Assembly (NCBI GenBank): GCA_033442325.1
Contig: JAWQFM010000007.1
Span: 1,166,990 to 1,230,989 of the forward strand
Reading direction: 5' to 3'
Length of the DNA stretch: 64,000 nucleotides
Source: Salpingoeca rosetta
Lineage: Eukaryota > Protista > Choanoflagellata
In this document: positions 20,959-38,577 of the stretch, one piece after another
Layout: each line of letters starts with the position of its first letter
Numbering within the stretch: the first letter of the stretch is position 1
Translations under genes and position numbers: made by a program
Notes under the pieces: model-generated
Seen by the model: only the letters and a program-made list of their open reading frames with translations
Told to the model about the DNA's origin: nothing
The model's database searches: none

Positions 20959-21257
20959 TGCGTGGCGGGTTGTCTTGTGGTCTTCTGGTGTGGTGGCGGA
21001 AGAAGCAAAGATGGCGAGAGCTTGCAGCTGGGAGGGGGTGGCTCAGGGGACGATGGCCTGATGGAGCAAAGGAGTAATGAGTACTGTGGACAGCCGCAAC
21101 ACCAAGACAAGACAAACAACTCGTCACAACAACACAAGCACAACACACGCGCCTTCACGAACAACAGCGCCGTTGTTGAGTCCTTCCTGCCAGTGCAGAA
21201 AACAGCTGACTCAGCACTTTCCGTGCAACTGCCGCCGTCGCGCACCACAACAAAGAG

Positions 21258-22378
21258 ATGCAGCAGAGTGCGCGGTGCGCAGGAGCGAGGCTGTGGCACA
21301 CGCTGCACTGCAGTCGAGGACAGCTGGCCGCTGCGACCACAGCATGCTGTCATCACAACAGCCACACCGCGACACTCAGATGGTCCTCTTCATGGGCGTC
21401 AACACAATATTCAGACCTCAAACGCAAAGTCCCGGATCACATCCTGCTCATGGAGGTGCGTGCTGTGTGCGTGCATGTGTGTGTGTGTATGTGCGTGCAG
21501 AGGGCTGCGTTCGTGTGCGCACTGCCTCCACTGCCCCCACTGCCTGCGCTGCCTTCGCTGCTCACGCGATTTCGCTCTCCGTTTCCCCCACTTCCTTGCC
21601 CCTTCATGGCCAGGTGGGCAACTTCTACGAGCTGTATTTGGAAGACGCCATCCTGGTGAACTCCAAGCTGCCACTTGCCCTCTCAAAGAAGGGCATGGCT
21701 GGGTTTCCCATACACCGAAAGGACGCGTGGATCCCACAGCTTCAAGCCCTCTTCTCTGCCGTCGCCGTGGCAGATCAGGTGTGTGTGTGTGTGTGCGTGC
21801 GTGCACGCGTGTGTGTGCACGTGTGCTTGTGTGCCTGCTCTGCTTTCCACTGGCCACGCTGCTTTCCACTGGCCACGCTGCTTTCCACTGGCCACGCTGC
21901 TTTCCAAGCCCTTCCTTGCTTGCCTTGTGTAAGAATGAACTGCAATCACAGACATGCATAAGCACATTCATATGCACATGGAAGAGGTGCACACCCTTCC
22001 CGTTCCCTTTACTCACCATCCCCCCCCCTTTCTTCATCCTCGGCGATTATCCACCCCCTCCCCCATCATTGCCCGATTCCCTTGCACGACGCGTGCAGTG
22101 CGATCCTGGAGTGTCGGCGACGCTCAAGTACGAGGCGATGCATGCGTGCATCCTGCTTGAGCCGAGGGCCCGTCATATGTGTTGTCACATCGCTCGCGTG
22201 CTCCTCATCACTGTTGTGTCGTCTGTGCTGCATTATCTCTGTTGGGCAGACGTCAGATTGCGCGCATCTACACGCCCGGGACGCTGCTGCCCGAAATTGA
22301 CGTTGAGGATGACTCGCCCCGTCACCTCACAGCCATTGTCGCAGACAACCTGTTTGCTCCGTACGTGTGTGTGTGTGC

Positions 22379-22452
<74 letters not shown>

Positions 22453-25400
22453 CCGCGCGTGTTGTGTGTGCATGTGCGAGTATTGGCTGCTTTCCTTTCC
22501 TTCTTCTGCGGGTAGATATCTCTCTGCTCGATGTCCACCGCTTTCCCCGCCTCACATCCACCTTTGCTTGCGGCAATGCTCAACCGCAGCGCCAAGTTTG
22601 GGCTGTGCGTGTTCAACAACATCACGGGCCAGCTGCACTTTGATGAGATGGCACCGGCAGACCTCCTCACCACGTTGCCCGGTCTCGACACTGTTGAGCT
22701 GCTCCTCATCAACCCAGACCTCCGTGCGTGCCAAGCGCTTGGGGCGCGCGTCTTTGTTGTGCTCAGTCTGTGTTGTGCCTTGTGTGTATGCATGTGTGCG
22801 TATGCACGTGTGTACGTGTGCTGTGCTTTGTCTGGTTGTGTATGCTGTGCTCTGTGCATGGAGAGCAAGAGACGCGCACTCGTGCAGCTGCAGTCTCGTT
22901 TCATGGCCTCATCTCTGCATCCATTCACAGGGGATGATGTGTGCCGCATTCTGTCGAAGCGCGGTATTGCGCAATCACCGTCCGTCCCACTCACCAACAG
23001 TCTGCATCGCCTCAGATGGTTCGAGCGTGCATGCGTTCTTGCTTGCTTGCATGCGTGCATCCCCGCATTCACAAGCTGTGTTGTGCGTGACTTCATCTCC
23101 TCTCAAGCTGTAAATTGCATTTCTGCCCTCACTGCCACCTCTGTCGCCACAACCACCATCAACAATGCAACAGTTTTAACGACACGTTCGTGATGGGTGT
23201 GCCTGAGAACTGGCTCGCACGGAATACGGGCGACCTTCCTCTTCCCCTCTCGGACCTCCAGCGCGCGTGCGTGTCGTGTGCACATGAAATCGCCACTGGT
23301 GTGCTTGTGTTGAGGGTGCCAGCTGTGACTTGCTTTTGCAAGCGGCTCGCATCGCTCACATTGCTCCTTCCATCCACCCACCCATTCTTTCCATCCATTG
23401 CTTTCCTTGTTTCTCCAGTGCGGGGAACGTGGTGACAAACTACCTGCGTCGGTGCTATCCAAAGGGCCTGCCAACGCTGCTGTTGCCACACCAGAGCGGC
23501 ACCAACTCCCAGTCCACAGACGCGAACGTGAGCGCAGCGTCGCCACAGCCGTCATCACCATCGTCGTCGTTTGACGTGCATGTGGAGGACGATGTGTCCG
23601 CTCTTCCGCCCATCGACAAGGAGCAGCTTGTCATTGATGCTGACACGAGAGAAAGCCTCAACCTCACCGTTCCCCGCGGAAAGGTGCGACGCAGCCTTTG
23701 TGCGCTTGTTTATGTGTGTATGTATGTGTGCGTGTGCGTGTGTGCGTGTGCGTGTGTGCGTGTGCGTGTGTGCGTGTGCGTGTGTGCGTGAGAGTGCGGG
23801 AGCGTAGGTTTTTCTGTTGGGTGGCGACAAGGCCTGGCATTGCCTGAGTTCGACACATCAGCCATCACAGGGAAGGGTGCGTACTCAGATATGTGTGTGT
23901 GTGCACTGCAGGGCTCGCTGCTGCATGTTGTTGACAACACCGTGTCGGCGTTTGGACGGCGTGAACTGCGATCGCGACTGGCGAATCCAATCACGGACCG
24001 GCACGAGATTGAGCGACGACTGGACTTGGTCGAGTACTTCTACGACAACCACGAGCATGGTACACGCGCAAGCATGTGTACACACACACACACATACATA
24101 CATGCATACAAACTTACATACATGCATACAAACATACATACATTCACACACCGGCACACACTTACACATGCCGACAACCGCACCTACGAGTATGTAGAAT
24201 CACTGCCACCTCTGTCGCCACAACCACCATCAACAATGCAACAGTTTTAACGACACGTTCGTGATGGGTGTGCCTGAGAACTGGCTCGCACGGAATACGG
24301 GCGACCTTCCTCTTCCCCTCTCGGACCTCCAGCGCGCGTGCGTGTCGTGTGCACATGAAATCGCCACTGGTGTGCTTGTGTTGAGGGTGCCAGCTGTGAC
24401 TTGCTTTTGCAAGCGGCTCGCATCGCTCACATTGCTCCTTCCATCCACCCACCCATTCTTTCCATCCATTGCTTTCCTTGTTTCTCCAGTGCGGGGAACG
24501 TGGTGACAAACTACCTGCGTCGGTGCTATCCAAAGGGCCTGCCAACGCTGCTGTTGCCACACCAGAGCGGCACCAACTCCCAGTCCACAGACGCGAACGT
24601 GAGCGCAGCGTCGCCACAGCCGTCATCACCATCGTCGTCGTTTGACGTGCATGTGGAGGACGATGTGTCCGCTCTTCCGCCCATCGACAAGGAGCAGCTT
24701 GTCATTGATGCTGACACGAGAGAAAGCCTCAACCTCACCGTTCCCCGCGGAAAGGTGCGACGCAGCCTTTGTGCGCTTGTTTATGTGTGTATGTATGTGT
24801 GCGTGTGCATGTGTGCGTGTGCGTGTGTGCGTGTGCGTGTGTGCGTGTGCGTGCGGGAGCGTAGGTTTTTCTGTTGGGTGGCGACAAGGCCTGGCATTGC
24901 CTGAGTTCGACACATCAGCCATCACAGGGAAGGGTGCGTACTCAGTTATGTGTGTGTGTGCACTGCAGGGCTCGCTGCTGCATGTTGTTGACAACACCGT
25001 GTCGGCGTTTGGACGGCGTGAACTGCGATCGCGACTGGCGAATCCAATCACGGACCGGCACGAGATTGAGCGACGGCTGGACTTGGTCGAGTACTTCTAC
25101 GACAACCACGAGCACGGTACACGCGCAAGCATGTGTACATACATACACACATACATGCACACAAACATACATACATTCACACACCGGCATACACATACAC
25201 ATGCCAACAACCAAGAGAGGAAGGGGAGCAGCGTCATGTATCCTGCACAGTGTTGTTTCCTCATGTGTATGTGTGCGATGGACTGCCATTCATCGTCGTC
25301 TAATGGCTCCTTCCATTCTCTTCCGCCCACCACGCATGTTCGCATCCGACACGACAACACCATGTCCCCGTCGCAATGACGCAGGTGCAGCCTTGCAGCG

Positions 25401-27161
25401 GCTGTTGAGTGCATGTGCTGATCCCCTCCGCTGCCTCTCCAGTCTCTCTGCCCGGGCAACGCTTTCAAACACAACCGTCAACCTGGCCAAGCTCGCAGAG
25501 TTCTGCACACGCGTCGAGATGGTCCGTAGCTGTACAGCACACGTGTGTGTGTATGTGTGTAAGTGTGTGTGTGTGTGTGTGTGTGTAGGTGTGTGTGCGT
25601 GTGTGTAGGTGGGCGTGCGTGTGTGTAGGTGTGTGCTTGTGTGTGTATGTGTGTGTGTATGTGTGTGTGCATGTGTGTGTGCTTGTGTGTGTGCATGTGT
25701 GTACGCGCGCTCGTGCTGGTGTGCATGTGTGTTTGTTTGCTTACTTGCTTCCGTTGGTGCATATGCCACGTTCTTTGTTGCTTGCGTGTTGCTTGCCTGG
25801 TGCCCGCCTGTTGGGTACAGATTGTGTCGTCCCCAAACCTCGCGCCTGACGTGAGCAGCGTTGGTGGAGAGCAGCTGGCGGCGGCTCTTGAGGACCTGCA
25901 TCACTTCACCAAGGTCATCCAGTGGTGCACATGAAGAATCACATGCACGTTACACGTTCACACACATGTACGAGGTCGCACGGACTCACGCTCACACACA
26001 AACACACGTCCGCACACATGCGCAACTCACATACACACGCGCACACACTCTCGTATACACACACTCTCTCTTACATACACACGCACACTCATATACACAC
26101 GCACACTCATATACACACGCACACTCATATACACACGCACACCTACATGCGCCACTCACATGCACTGCAATGTATGACGTGAACAGGCCGTTCCCCGGGA
26201 GTTGTTTGAGAGCGCGAACAGCAGCAGCGCTGAGAGCGACGATGACGACGATGCGGAAACAAGCGTCTTCCCTGCACCAGGTGTGGCCTTACGCTGATCT
26301 CTGTGCACGAGCGTGCATGTGTGTTTTCACTGTCTGTCCGTGCATTCTTGTCTTACACGTTGGCTTGCATTACACATCACCGCTCACGTGAATGCCACAA
26401 ACCACATCTGACACACACGCATACACACACACACACACACGCACACACACACACACACATCAGGGTTTGACGCGACTGTGGATGAGCAGCGGGAGATTGT
26501 GTCGGCGATCCTGCGCGAGGCTCAGAAGCACGCAGCCGACATCTCGTACGTGACCGTCGCGGCGGTGGTGATGTGGTGATAGCCATGCATGATGATGATG
26601 ATGATGATGGTGATGGCGGTGGTGGTGGTGGTCGTCGTCGTCGTTATTGTTGTGCACAACCTCACAATGAGGGTGCGGGTGTGCAGTCTTGATGCGCGGC
26701 TGACGGAGCCCATGGAAGGCGTGCTGGCCATGCAAATCAAACCGAAGTTGGCAGCAGAGCTGAAGAAGTCGTAAGTGCATATCAGTGTTGATGTCAAACG
26801 TGATCGTGTGAGCCACCGCTATGCCCTTCGCCACCTGCACATATTTCCTGTCACACATCACACAACACATCACGTACGTGCTTACCCTGGACGCCACCCA
26901 TGCCATTCCCCAGGGTGCGCGGGTTTTCGCTGCTCAAGCGTGGGCTGTACGACACGCCGCGTCTGCAGTCGCTCAGTTTGAAGCTCGGGCACGCGCGGCG
27001 CGAACTCACGGACGCCCAGGTGATGCAAACACATCCACACACATTCGTACGCGGGCATTACGTGTTGTTCCCATCGTTCGTTGATCCTCATTCGTTGCAT
27101 CGACCCGCTGATGGATGGACACAAGCCCATTTCTCGCATTCACAAGCACACACACACACAC

Positions 27162-27204
<43 letters not shown>

Positions 27205-28749
27205 CACGCACACATACAAACACACACACACACGCACACGCACACATACACTGACACACACGCACAAACACACACACATGCACAAATTCACGTGTTCCCC
27301 CTCGCTATATCTTCCTCCCCCCCCCCTTCGCGCCCCGTCCACCAGATGGAGTGTGCACGGCGCGTGTGCGGAGTGCTGATCGCCAACTCCCACCTGTTTG
27401 AGAAGGCCAGCCGCGTGCTTGCGCACCTGGACGTGTGCGCGGGGCTCGCTCGCACGGCGACGCTTCGCGAATACGTCCGCCCAACCATCACCGATGGCGT
27501 CGACTTCAACGTCGTGCAGGGCAGACACGCCATTCTCGACGCGCTCACAGCAGGTCCGTGCCCACTCGCTCGCTCGTTCGCGTTGATGATGCGTGTTGGG
27601 GTTGGCTTTGTTTGGTCAGGTTTGGTTTGAGTTTGAGTGTGAATTTTGATTGTTTGCGTGGTTGTTGTTTGGTGCAGCTCGGCTGGTTGTTGTTTGCTTT
27701 GCTTGGTGCCGTTATGTCGTTTGGTTCCACCAGTATGTGTCCTTACCGTGTTCATCCTCTGTGTCAGGGGACGCATTGCATCATTTCCGCCCAAACGATT
27801 GCGTCATGGACGAGCACAAGAGCGTGATTATCACTGGCCCAAACATGGGCGGAAAGTCGACATTTCTTCGCCAGAACGCCCTCCTTGTCGTCCTGGCTCA
27901 GGTGCAGTGCACACGCATGAATCGCGAGCCAGGAATGAGAGCCGTGATGGGAACCATATCGATGTCATGCACGATGCGTGCAGGCCTTTGATTTTGCACG
28001 CACACTCACATGCGTCGCATCGTTACTCGCTTCGTGACACACACACACTCACACGCACACACATACACACATGTTCACACGAGTGCAGATGGGATCGTTT
28101 GTCCCAGCCGAGGAGTGCACGATTGGAATTGTCGACAAACTCTTCTCTCGCGTGCGTATGAGCATGTGTGTGTGCGCGAATATGTGCGTGTGTGTACTCT
28201 AAAGGTATGATGATGACGAATGCGCTTCCTTCATCTGTCAGCGCCACAGGGCAAATAAATGCCTGTGATTGACATGGTGTAATTCGTTCGTCTTTGTCTG
28301 CTTCCGTACACATGTTTGCACGTGCATACAGGTTGGCGCGCAGGACAACCAAGTAGAAGGGAAAAGCACGTTCCTCGTTGAGATGGAGGAAACATCAAAC
28401 ATTGTCAACAACGGTGTGAACATGACCTGCAAGCCCAGGTGGCATGTGTGCTTCTTGCATGTCGTTCGTTCGCTCACACACGCACACGCACACGCACACT
28501 TTCACGCACTCACGAACGCATATGCAAACACACATGCAAACACACACACACACACAGCGACTGCGCGATCGTTTGTAGTGATGGACGAAGTTGGACGCGG
28601 CACAAATTCGGGCGAAGGCCTCGCGCTGGCTGTGTACGTGCACCTGTGAACCATGTCCAATGTGAAAGAGCAAGCCACGACCATTTAATGACCTGCGATT
28701 TTTCATTCATCAGTGTCTCATCACACACACGCGCACACACGCACACACA

Positions 28750-28796
<47 letters not shown>

Positions 28797-29056
28797 CCTC
28801 CCTACCTCTCGCACACACACGTACGCTCTGTGTTTTTTTTTGGTTGCAGCGCTATCTCGCACGAGCTCGCCAAGAGCGGGTGCCGATCGCTGAGTGTCAC
28901 GCACCATTTGCAACTGCCCGCCCTCTGCCAAGACCTCGACAACGTCGGTGTCTACAAGGTTGGTTGGATGCTTGCTTGCTTGCTTGCACGTGTAATTATG
29001 TCTTCCTTGATCGTCGTTCATGCTGTGCTGTATTGCTAATTGCCATTCATGATGCA

Positions 29057-29096
<40 letters not shown>

Positions 29097-29317
29097 TTGT
29101 GGCTGAGAAGGACGACGACGGACGCATTCTGTTCCACCACAGCATCAAACCGGGAATCGCAGACGATGCGCACGCGATTGAGGTGGCTGCTTTTGCCGGT
29201 CACCCGCCGGCAGTCACAGACATGGCTGCCATTGTACTGCGCAGTTTGCAGCAGCAGAACTTTGGTCACGTTGATGCCGCCCCCATCAAGGCCGCAATGA
29301 GCAATGCAAGGCGATGA
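21258..29317 (+). CDS. MSH1: MutS-family DNA mismatch-repair ATPase, MSH1 (mitochondrial, fungal/bacterial-type)
   Basis: Acid-free N-terminal leader. [17 protein letters not shown]|VGNFYELY (Phe-X-Glu), [57 protein letters not shown], Walker [28 protein letters not shown]|[15 protein letters not shown], Walker [15 protein letters not shown], and [18 protein letters not shown]. Confidence 0.88.
21840..21906. repeat. Intronic minisatellite, 19-bp unit TGCTTTCCACTGGCCACGC, about 3.5 copies
   Basis: Perfect head-to-tail copies at 21841, 21860, 21879 and a partial copy at 21898. Confidence 0.95.
23130..25212. repeat. ~1.07-kb tandem duplication inside MSH1 covering three exons
   Basis: Copy 1 starts at 23130 and copy 2 at 24201 (both CACTGCCACCTCTGTCGCCAC...). 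The copies are near-identical, with a few SNVs and repeat-length differences. Confidence 0.97.
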
Positions 29318-30060
29318 CCGGGCACGTATGCCGTGTGTGACTATGATGTGATCTACTGTGAAATGACTTGTGCTGTCCTGTGTCGTGTGTGTGTGTGCGC
29401 GCGCGCGTTGTGTGTGTGTATGTGTGTGTGCGTGTGTGTGTGTATGTGTGTGTGTGTGTGTGTCGGTTTATTTGTGTGCCGATGCATGAACCTGCTGCCA
29501 ACAAGTCGATTTTTGTGGATAAGCCGTGCGTTGTTCTAGGCACACCGTAGCTCATGTCCTTCGCCAATTCAACCCACGCTTTGTGTGCTCCTGACATCCG
29601 TTTGTGTGTGGGTCTCTCTTTTTGTTCTTCTGAGTCTGGAACCTTTTGCTCCCACCTCCCTCAAGCCACCACCTCACCTCTCTTGCCAGCTCTTCATGAC
29701 CTAAGCCACGTTTTGCCAGATTAAACAATGCAACAGACAACACAGACCGGGGTGGCGTGCGACATCAACGCAGTGGCTGGATTTGTTTGAGCCTTGGTTG
29801 GTTCATGTAAGGTTCATGGCTGCATGTTGTTTGTTGGTTTACTGTCCCCAGTTCATTCATTTCACATCACCTCAACACGTGTTGGTCCGCAACAAATGTC
29901 AACTAGAACCCCCACATCGCACGCACTACACACCCCATCGCACACACCCCATCGCACACGCTGCCATTTCAACGCACGACGATGGCCAAGACAAAGTCAT
30001 GACAATCAACCAGTTTGCATTCACAGAAGTAACAGCAGCAGCAGCAGCAGCGTTGCCGCA

Positions 30061-33251
<3,191 letters not shown>

Positions 33252-33724
33252 CTCTTCCTCTGCCTCTGCCTCTGCTTTGCTGTTGCGTGTGTGTGTGTGT
33301 GGCAGTGAAATTCTGCTGAGTCAGCGAACTGCTGCTTCAGTGCTGTTGCGCCCACAAACACAAACACAAACAACGCCACAACAGTTACGAACAGCAAGAC
33401 AAGCCAAGCAACCAAGAAGCAAGCAAGTAACACACGCCACAAGTCGTGGTGTTGTGTTGTGTAACAAGTGAAGCGGCAACCACCAGCCACATCAGCACAG
33501 CAGCTTGCAAGCAAGAGGGTAAGGTTGGTTGGTTGTGCACATGTTGGTTTGTGAGGTGAAGGCATTTACATCATCACATCGCTGCTGTTGTTGAAGCAAA
33601 CAACCAGGCAAACCAAGACTCATGCAAGACCTGTTCTTATAGCAGCCGATTCCACCCCCCCCCCCTCCAACCTTTCCCCTTGAACTGGTTCCCCTGCAGC
33701 GCAGAGCAAAGCATCACCGCAAGC

Positions 33725-34908
33725 ATGAGCACAACAGCAAAGGAGATGGACAACTTTGACGACGTCCTCGACGACATTGTCCGCGAGGTCCAGGACATGG
33801 ATGTTGTCAGCCGGCAGTCTTCCAGCCAGCCCGCAATCACCAAGGTGTGCGCCTGCGTGTCTCTGCGGGTGTGTGTGTGTGTCTCTATGTGTGTGTGTGT
33901 GTGGTATGTGTGTGTGAACCTGCGTGCGTGTGTGTGCGAACAAAGTGTAGGTGCGGCTTGCTGCCTGTGATGCACAATCAGAGACGTCATGCTCAGCAAT
34001 ACCAACCGTAACTGTGTGTACCTTGCCCACAACTGCGTTTACGTAGACATCCCTGGTCAAGCCAGATGAACACGTATTCAAGCATCTGCTCGGTACCCTC
34101 GAGTCTTTGCTCAAAGAGAACGAGGGCGACTGCATCTACACCATCGGCACCGGCGGTAAGTGTGTGTGTGTGTCTGCGTGTGTCTGCATGTGTGTGCGTA
34201 TCTGCGTGTCTGCGTGTGTCTGCGTGTGTCTGCGTATGTCTGCATGTGTGTGTGTGTGTTTGTGCCCATGTGTTGATGTGCAATGGGCGTTGCTGCCGTG
34301 GCAGTGAGGGAGAGCGTGCTCATCCCCCACATCCTGCGCCACTTCCCGTATCGCTGTTGTAGATGGCGAGCCCTCTGGCCTCTCTGAGGAGGACCTTGCT
34401 GCCTCTGTCAAGACGCTTGAGGAGCTGAGCAACAGCTGCGACGCGGACGTCTCTCTCCTCCGCACGCACGACGAAGAGGCCGGCAAAGTCGCAGAGTACC
34501 TCGTGCGCCGCAGGTGTGTGTGTGTGTGTGTGTCTGTGTCTGTGTGTCTGTGCGTGTCTGTGTGTGTCTGTGCGTGTCTGTGTGTGTCTGTGTGTGCGCG
34601 TATATGTGTATGTCTGTGTGTCTGTGTGCGTTTCTCTTCCTGCCCATCTGCCTATCCGTGGCTATTTTCGTTGCTTTGTGCCTTCCTGCATGTGCCCGCG
34701 TGCTCATCGCTGTTGTGTTCCTACCGTGGCTGTGCAGGTGTGCACCTGATCAGTTCTCTGAGGTCCGCGTCGCTGTCGTCGGCAACGTCGACGCTGGCAA
34801 GAGGTATGTCTGTGTGTCTGTGCGTGTGTCTGCCTGTCTGTCTGTGTATACGTTAACGCTGCCATGACGCCCTCCACCACTCATTCTTGCACCACTCACT
34901 CACCACCC

Positions 34909-34943
<35 letters not shown>

Positions 34944-35223
34944 CTTAACAACAACAACAACAACAACAACCAACACACCAGTACCCTACTTGGTGTGCTG
35001 ACGCACAACGTGCTCGACAACGGGCGTGGCCTTTCCCGCCAGAAGCTGTTCCGGCACCAGCACGAGATGGAGAGCGGGCGCACGTCCAGCGTCTCGTACA
35101 ACATCCTCGGCTACGACTCCAAAGGCGCAATTGTTAACAAGCCGGGACACGACGGCCGCCTCGACTGGGTGCAAATCTGCACAGAGGCTTCAAAGGTGCG
35201 CTCGCGCGGTGTGTGTCTGTCTC

Positions 35224-35274
<51 letters not shown>

Positions 35275-37458
35275 CTGTCTGTCTGTCTTTGTACCAATGG
35301 GCACATTTGCAGTTCTCATCTCATTCCGGCTCGCCTCATCTACCGTCCCGCATGCCCCCCTCTCTCTCTCTGCTCGCCCCGTGCAGGTGACGACGTTCAT
35401 TGACCTTGCTGGACACGAGCGCTACCTGAAGACGACGGTGTTTGGGCTCACGGGCCACGCCCCACACTACACCATGCTCATGATTGGCTCAAATGCGGGC
35501 ATCGTTGGCATGACAAAAGGTAGCTCGCATCATAGTGTGACTGAATGCGTGAGTGAGAGAGTGTGTGAGTGCGCGCGTGTGTGGTTGTGTGAGAGTGAGA
35601 GGGCTGTCGTATTCCATCTCCGATTGCATTGCTGTCAGCAAGCTTCTCCCCCTTCCCCATCAATACTCTGACCCCATCAACTAACCATCACCAAACACCC
35701 CTCGCTGTTGTCCTTGGTCATTCCCATCCTGCCAGAGCACCTTGGTCTGTCGCTTGCGCTGCACGTGCCGTTGTATGTCGTGGTAACCAAGATCGACATG
35801 TGCCCGCCCAACGTGCTCGAAGCGACGATGAAGCTCCTGCAGAAGATCCTCAAGTCCGCCGGCTGCAAGAAGATCCCAATGCTCATCAACAACATGGACG
35901 ATGTCGTTGTTGCGGCCACAAACTTTGTCACCACCAGGTGCGCAAATGTCTGTGTTTGTGTTTGTGTTGTTTGTTGGTTTGCCTGGGTGTCTGGGTGTCT
36001 GTGTCTGGATGTCTGTGTCTGTGTGTTTGTGTCTATGCGTGTGCGTGTGCGTGTGCGTGTGTGTGTGTAATTATCTATGCTGGATTTGCCAATAACCCTT
36101 GTCCGTCTGCTCACCTCCAACACCAACACCAACCAACACTAACCAACACCAACCAACACCACAGGATATGCCCCATCTTCCAGGTGTCGAACGTGACTGG
36201 GGAAAACCTTGACCTGCTCAAGGCGTTCATCAACCTCCTCAAGCCCCCCGTGCTCGACGCCGACGACAAGCCCGCAGAGTTCCAGATTGATGACACCTTC
36301 TCCGTGCCGGGTGTGGGCACGGTCGTGTCTGGGTACCTGCGCCAGGGCGTCATCCGCCTCAACGACACGCTCATGCTGGGCCCAGATGCGCTCGGACACT
36401 ACCAGGCGACGGTGATCAAGGGCATTCATCGCAGGCGCATGCCAACCACCGTATGTGTGATGTGGTGGAGGATGCTGGAGGATGATGTGCGACGCGAATT
36501 GCAATTCTGTCTGCGCAAGAAGTTGCGTTTTTGTTTTGATATGTGTGTGTGTGTGTTTTGTGGTGCGGGTGTTTCCATTTGGTGTTGCTCACTGCTGCTG
36601 CTGCTGCTGCTGCTGTTGCGTGGACAGGAGGTGCGGGCAGGGCAGACCAGCTCGTTTGCTCTCAAGAAAGTCAAGCGCAGTGCGATACGGAAGGGAATGA
36701 TGCTTCTTGGAAAGGATGCAGGTGGGCAGTCGCATGCGTTTGATACGTGAATGTGCGTGTCCATGTGTGTGTGTGCGTGCGCGTGCGCGTGTGTCTGTGT
36801 GTGTGTCTGTGTGTGTGTATCTGCGTCTGTCTTTGTGTGTGGGCCCTGTGCCTCGACTTTGCTCGTTGTCTTCCCTTTGTTCTGCTCTCACCTTCATGCG
36901 TGTGTGCACCCTTGTTTTTGCTGAATCTGTGCAGAGGCAACGGCGACGTGGGAGTTTGAGGGCGAGATCCTCGTCCTGCACCACCCCACGACCATCACAG
37001 CGCGATACCAGGTGCCGTGGCGACTGTTGCTGTCTCTCTGACGAATACAAAACATGATGTGCGGTTGCACGTCAAGGCGCCACAACTCACATACAATCCT
37101 GCTCCCTGTGACGACAACCAGCAACAAGCAACAAACATGCTCGCGCGCACACGCACGCACGCACACGCACACACGCACGCACACACGCACGCACATCCTC
37201 TGTGTGTGTGTGTCTCATATCATCCTCCTCTCCCCCTCCTTCCTCCTGCTCCTGCTGCTTCAGGCCATGGTGCACTGTGGAAGCATCCGGCAGACGGCAA
37301 CGATTGTGAAGATGGACAAGGAGCACATCCGTACAGGCGACAAGGCCGTGGCGTCGTTCCGCTTCATCCGCCACCCTGAGTACATCAAGGTTGGCGAGAA
37401 GATTGTGTTCCGCGAGGGCCGCACAAAGGCAATAGGAACCATCACTAAGCTCCTCTGA
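33725..37458 (+). CDS. GTPBP1: GTP-binding protein 1 (translational GTPase, GTPBP1/2 family)
   Basis: [15 protein letters not shown]|[110 protein letters not shown]. Confidence 0.95.
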
Positions 37459-37463
37459 TGGCG

Positions 37464-37528
<65 letters not shown>

Positions 37529-38104
37529 GTTGTGTGGTTGTCTGATTGTTGTGTTTTGTTTGCTTTTGTCTTTATTTTTGAATGTGTGTGTGTGTGTGAC
37601 GCATAGTCATCTGGTGCGGATGTACATACGCGACGTTGGGTTGCTGGCGGGGTGTTGCTGCTGTTTTGTTGTGTGTGCGGCTTGTGATCGTAACGTGTGG
37701 CTGTGACGTTGTGTTGTTTTGTGTGTTTGTGGTTTGTCCATGTCCATCCTCTGTTATGCTGTGTAGATGAATAGACAAGCCACATCCCATCACCAATTGG
37801 GACAGCCATCAACCCCTAATCAACGTCCCACATCCCTCCACACACACACACACCTCACACACACCTCACACACAACACACACACACATACGCCAAGCAAG
37901 CAAGCGTGTGATAAACTACTCCGAATGAAGACGACCCAAAGGCGGGCAGTCAAGGAAGAAAGAGAGGAGAGGAGAGAGCCGCAGGAGAGGAAAGAAGAGA
38001 AAGACAGGCGCACGCAAGACAGTGCAAGGAAGGGACAAAAGGAGGATACAGCAATGGTTTGCACTGCAACGGAGACGAAATGACAAGAACGCACGTGGCT
38101 CATC

Positions 38105-38524
38105 TCATGTCAGCTGCGACAGCGCTGCCGTGATGCGCTGCGCACGTGTTTGCTGATCCTGCACAGCAAAGCAAAAGCCATGCCATGTGGAAATTAGGGA
38201 AGGCGAGGTGTATGGTGCGGTGTTGAGCAGCGATGACAGCATTGGGGTTGCCACAAGACCAGCACACGGAACAGGAAGTGTCCCGGGCAAGTCACCATTC
38301 ATGTCCATTCAACCATCACCGGCACGAACGAACCTGCATCTTTGTCAGCGATTCAACGAAGAACGGAACAACCTCCGGCAGCAGCTGTGGATAGCGAGTG
38401 GAGCAAAGGGACAAGCCACAAGACAGATGGGGGGGGGGAGGAGGGGGTCAATGGAGACACGGACAGAAAAACATGCACATGCAAAAAGCACACACGCAAG
38501 AAGAAGACACACACAAGAAGAAGA

Positions 38525-38577
<53 letters not shown>

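Noticed and set aside
21840-21906. Short direct repeats resembling a CRISPR array
   Set aside because: No spacers, no cas genes, and located in a eukaryotic intron.
20599-22515. 638-aa plus-strand ORF
   Set aside because: It runs antisense to lipocalin exon 1 and out of frame across MSH1 exons and introns, with no coherent protein features.
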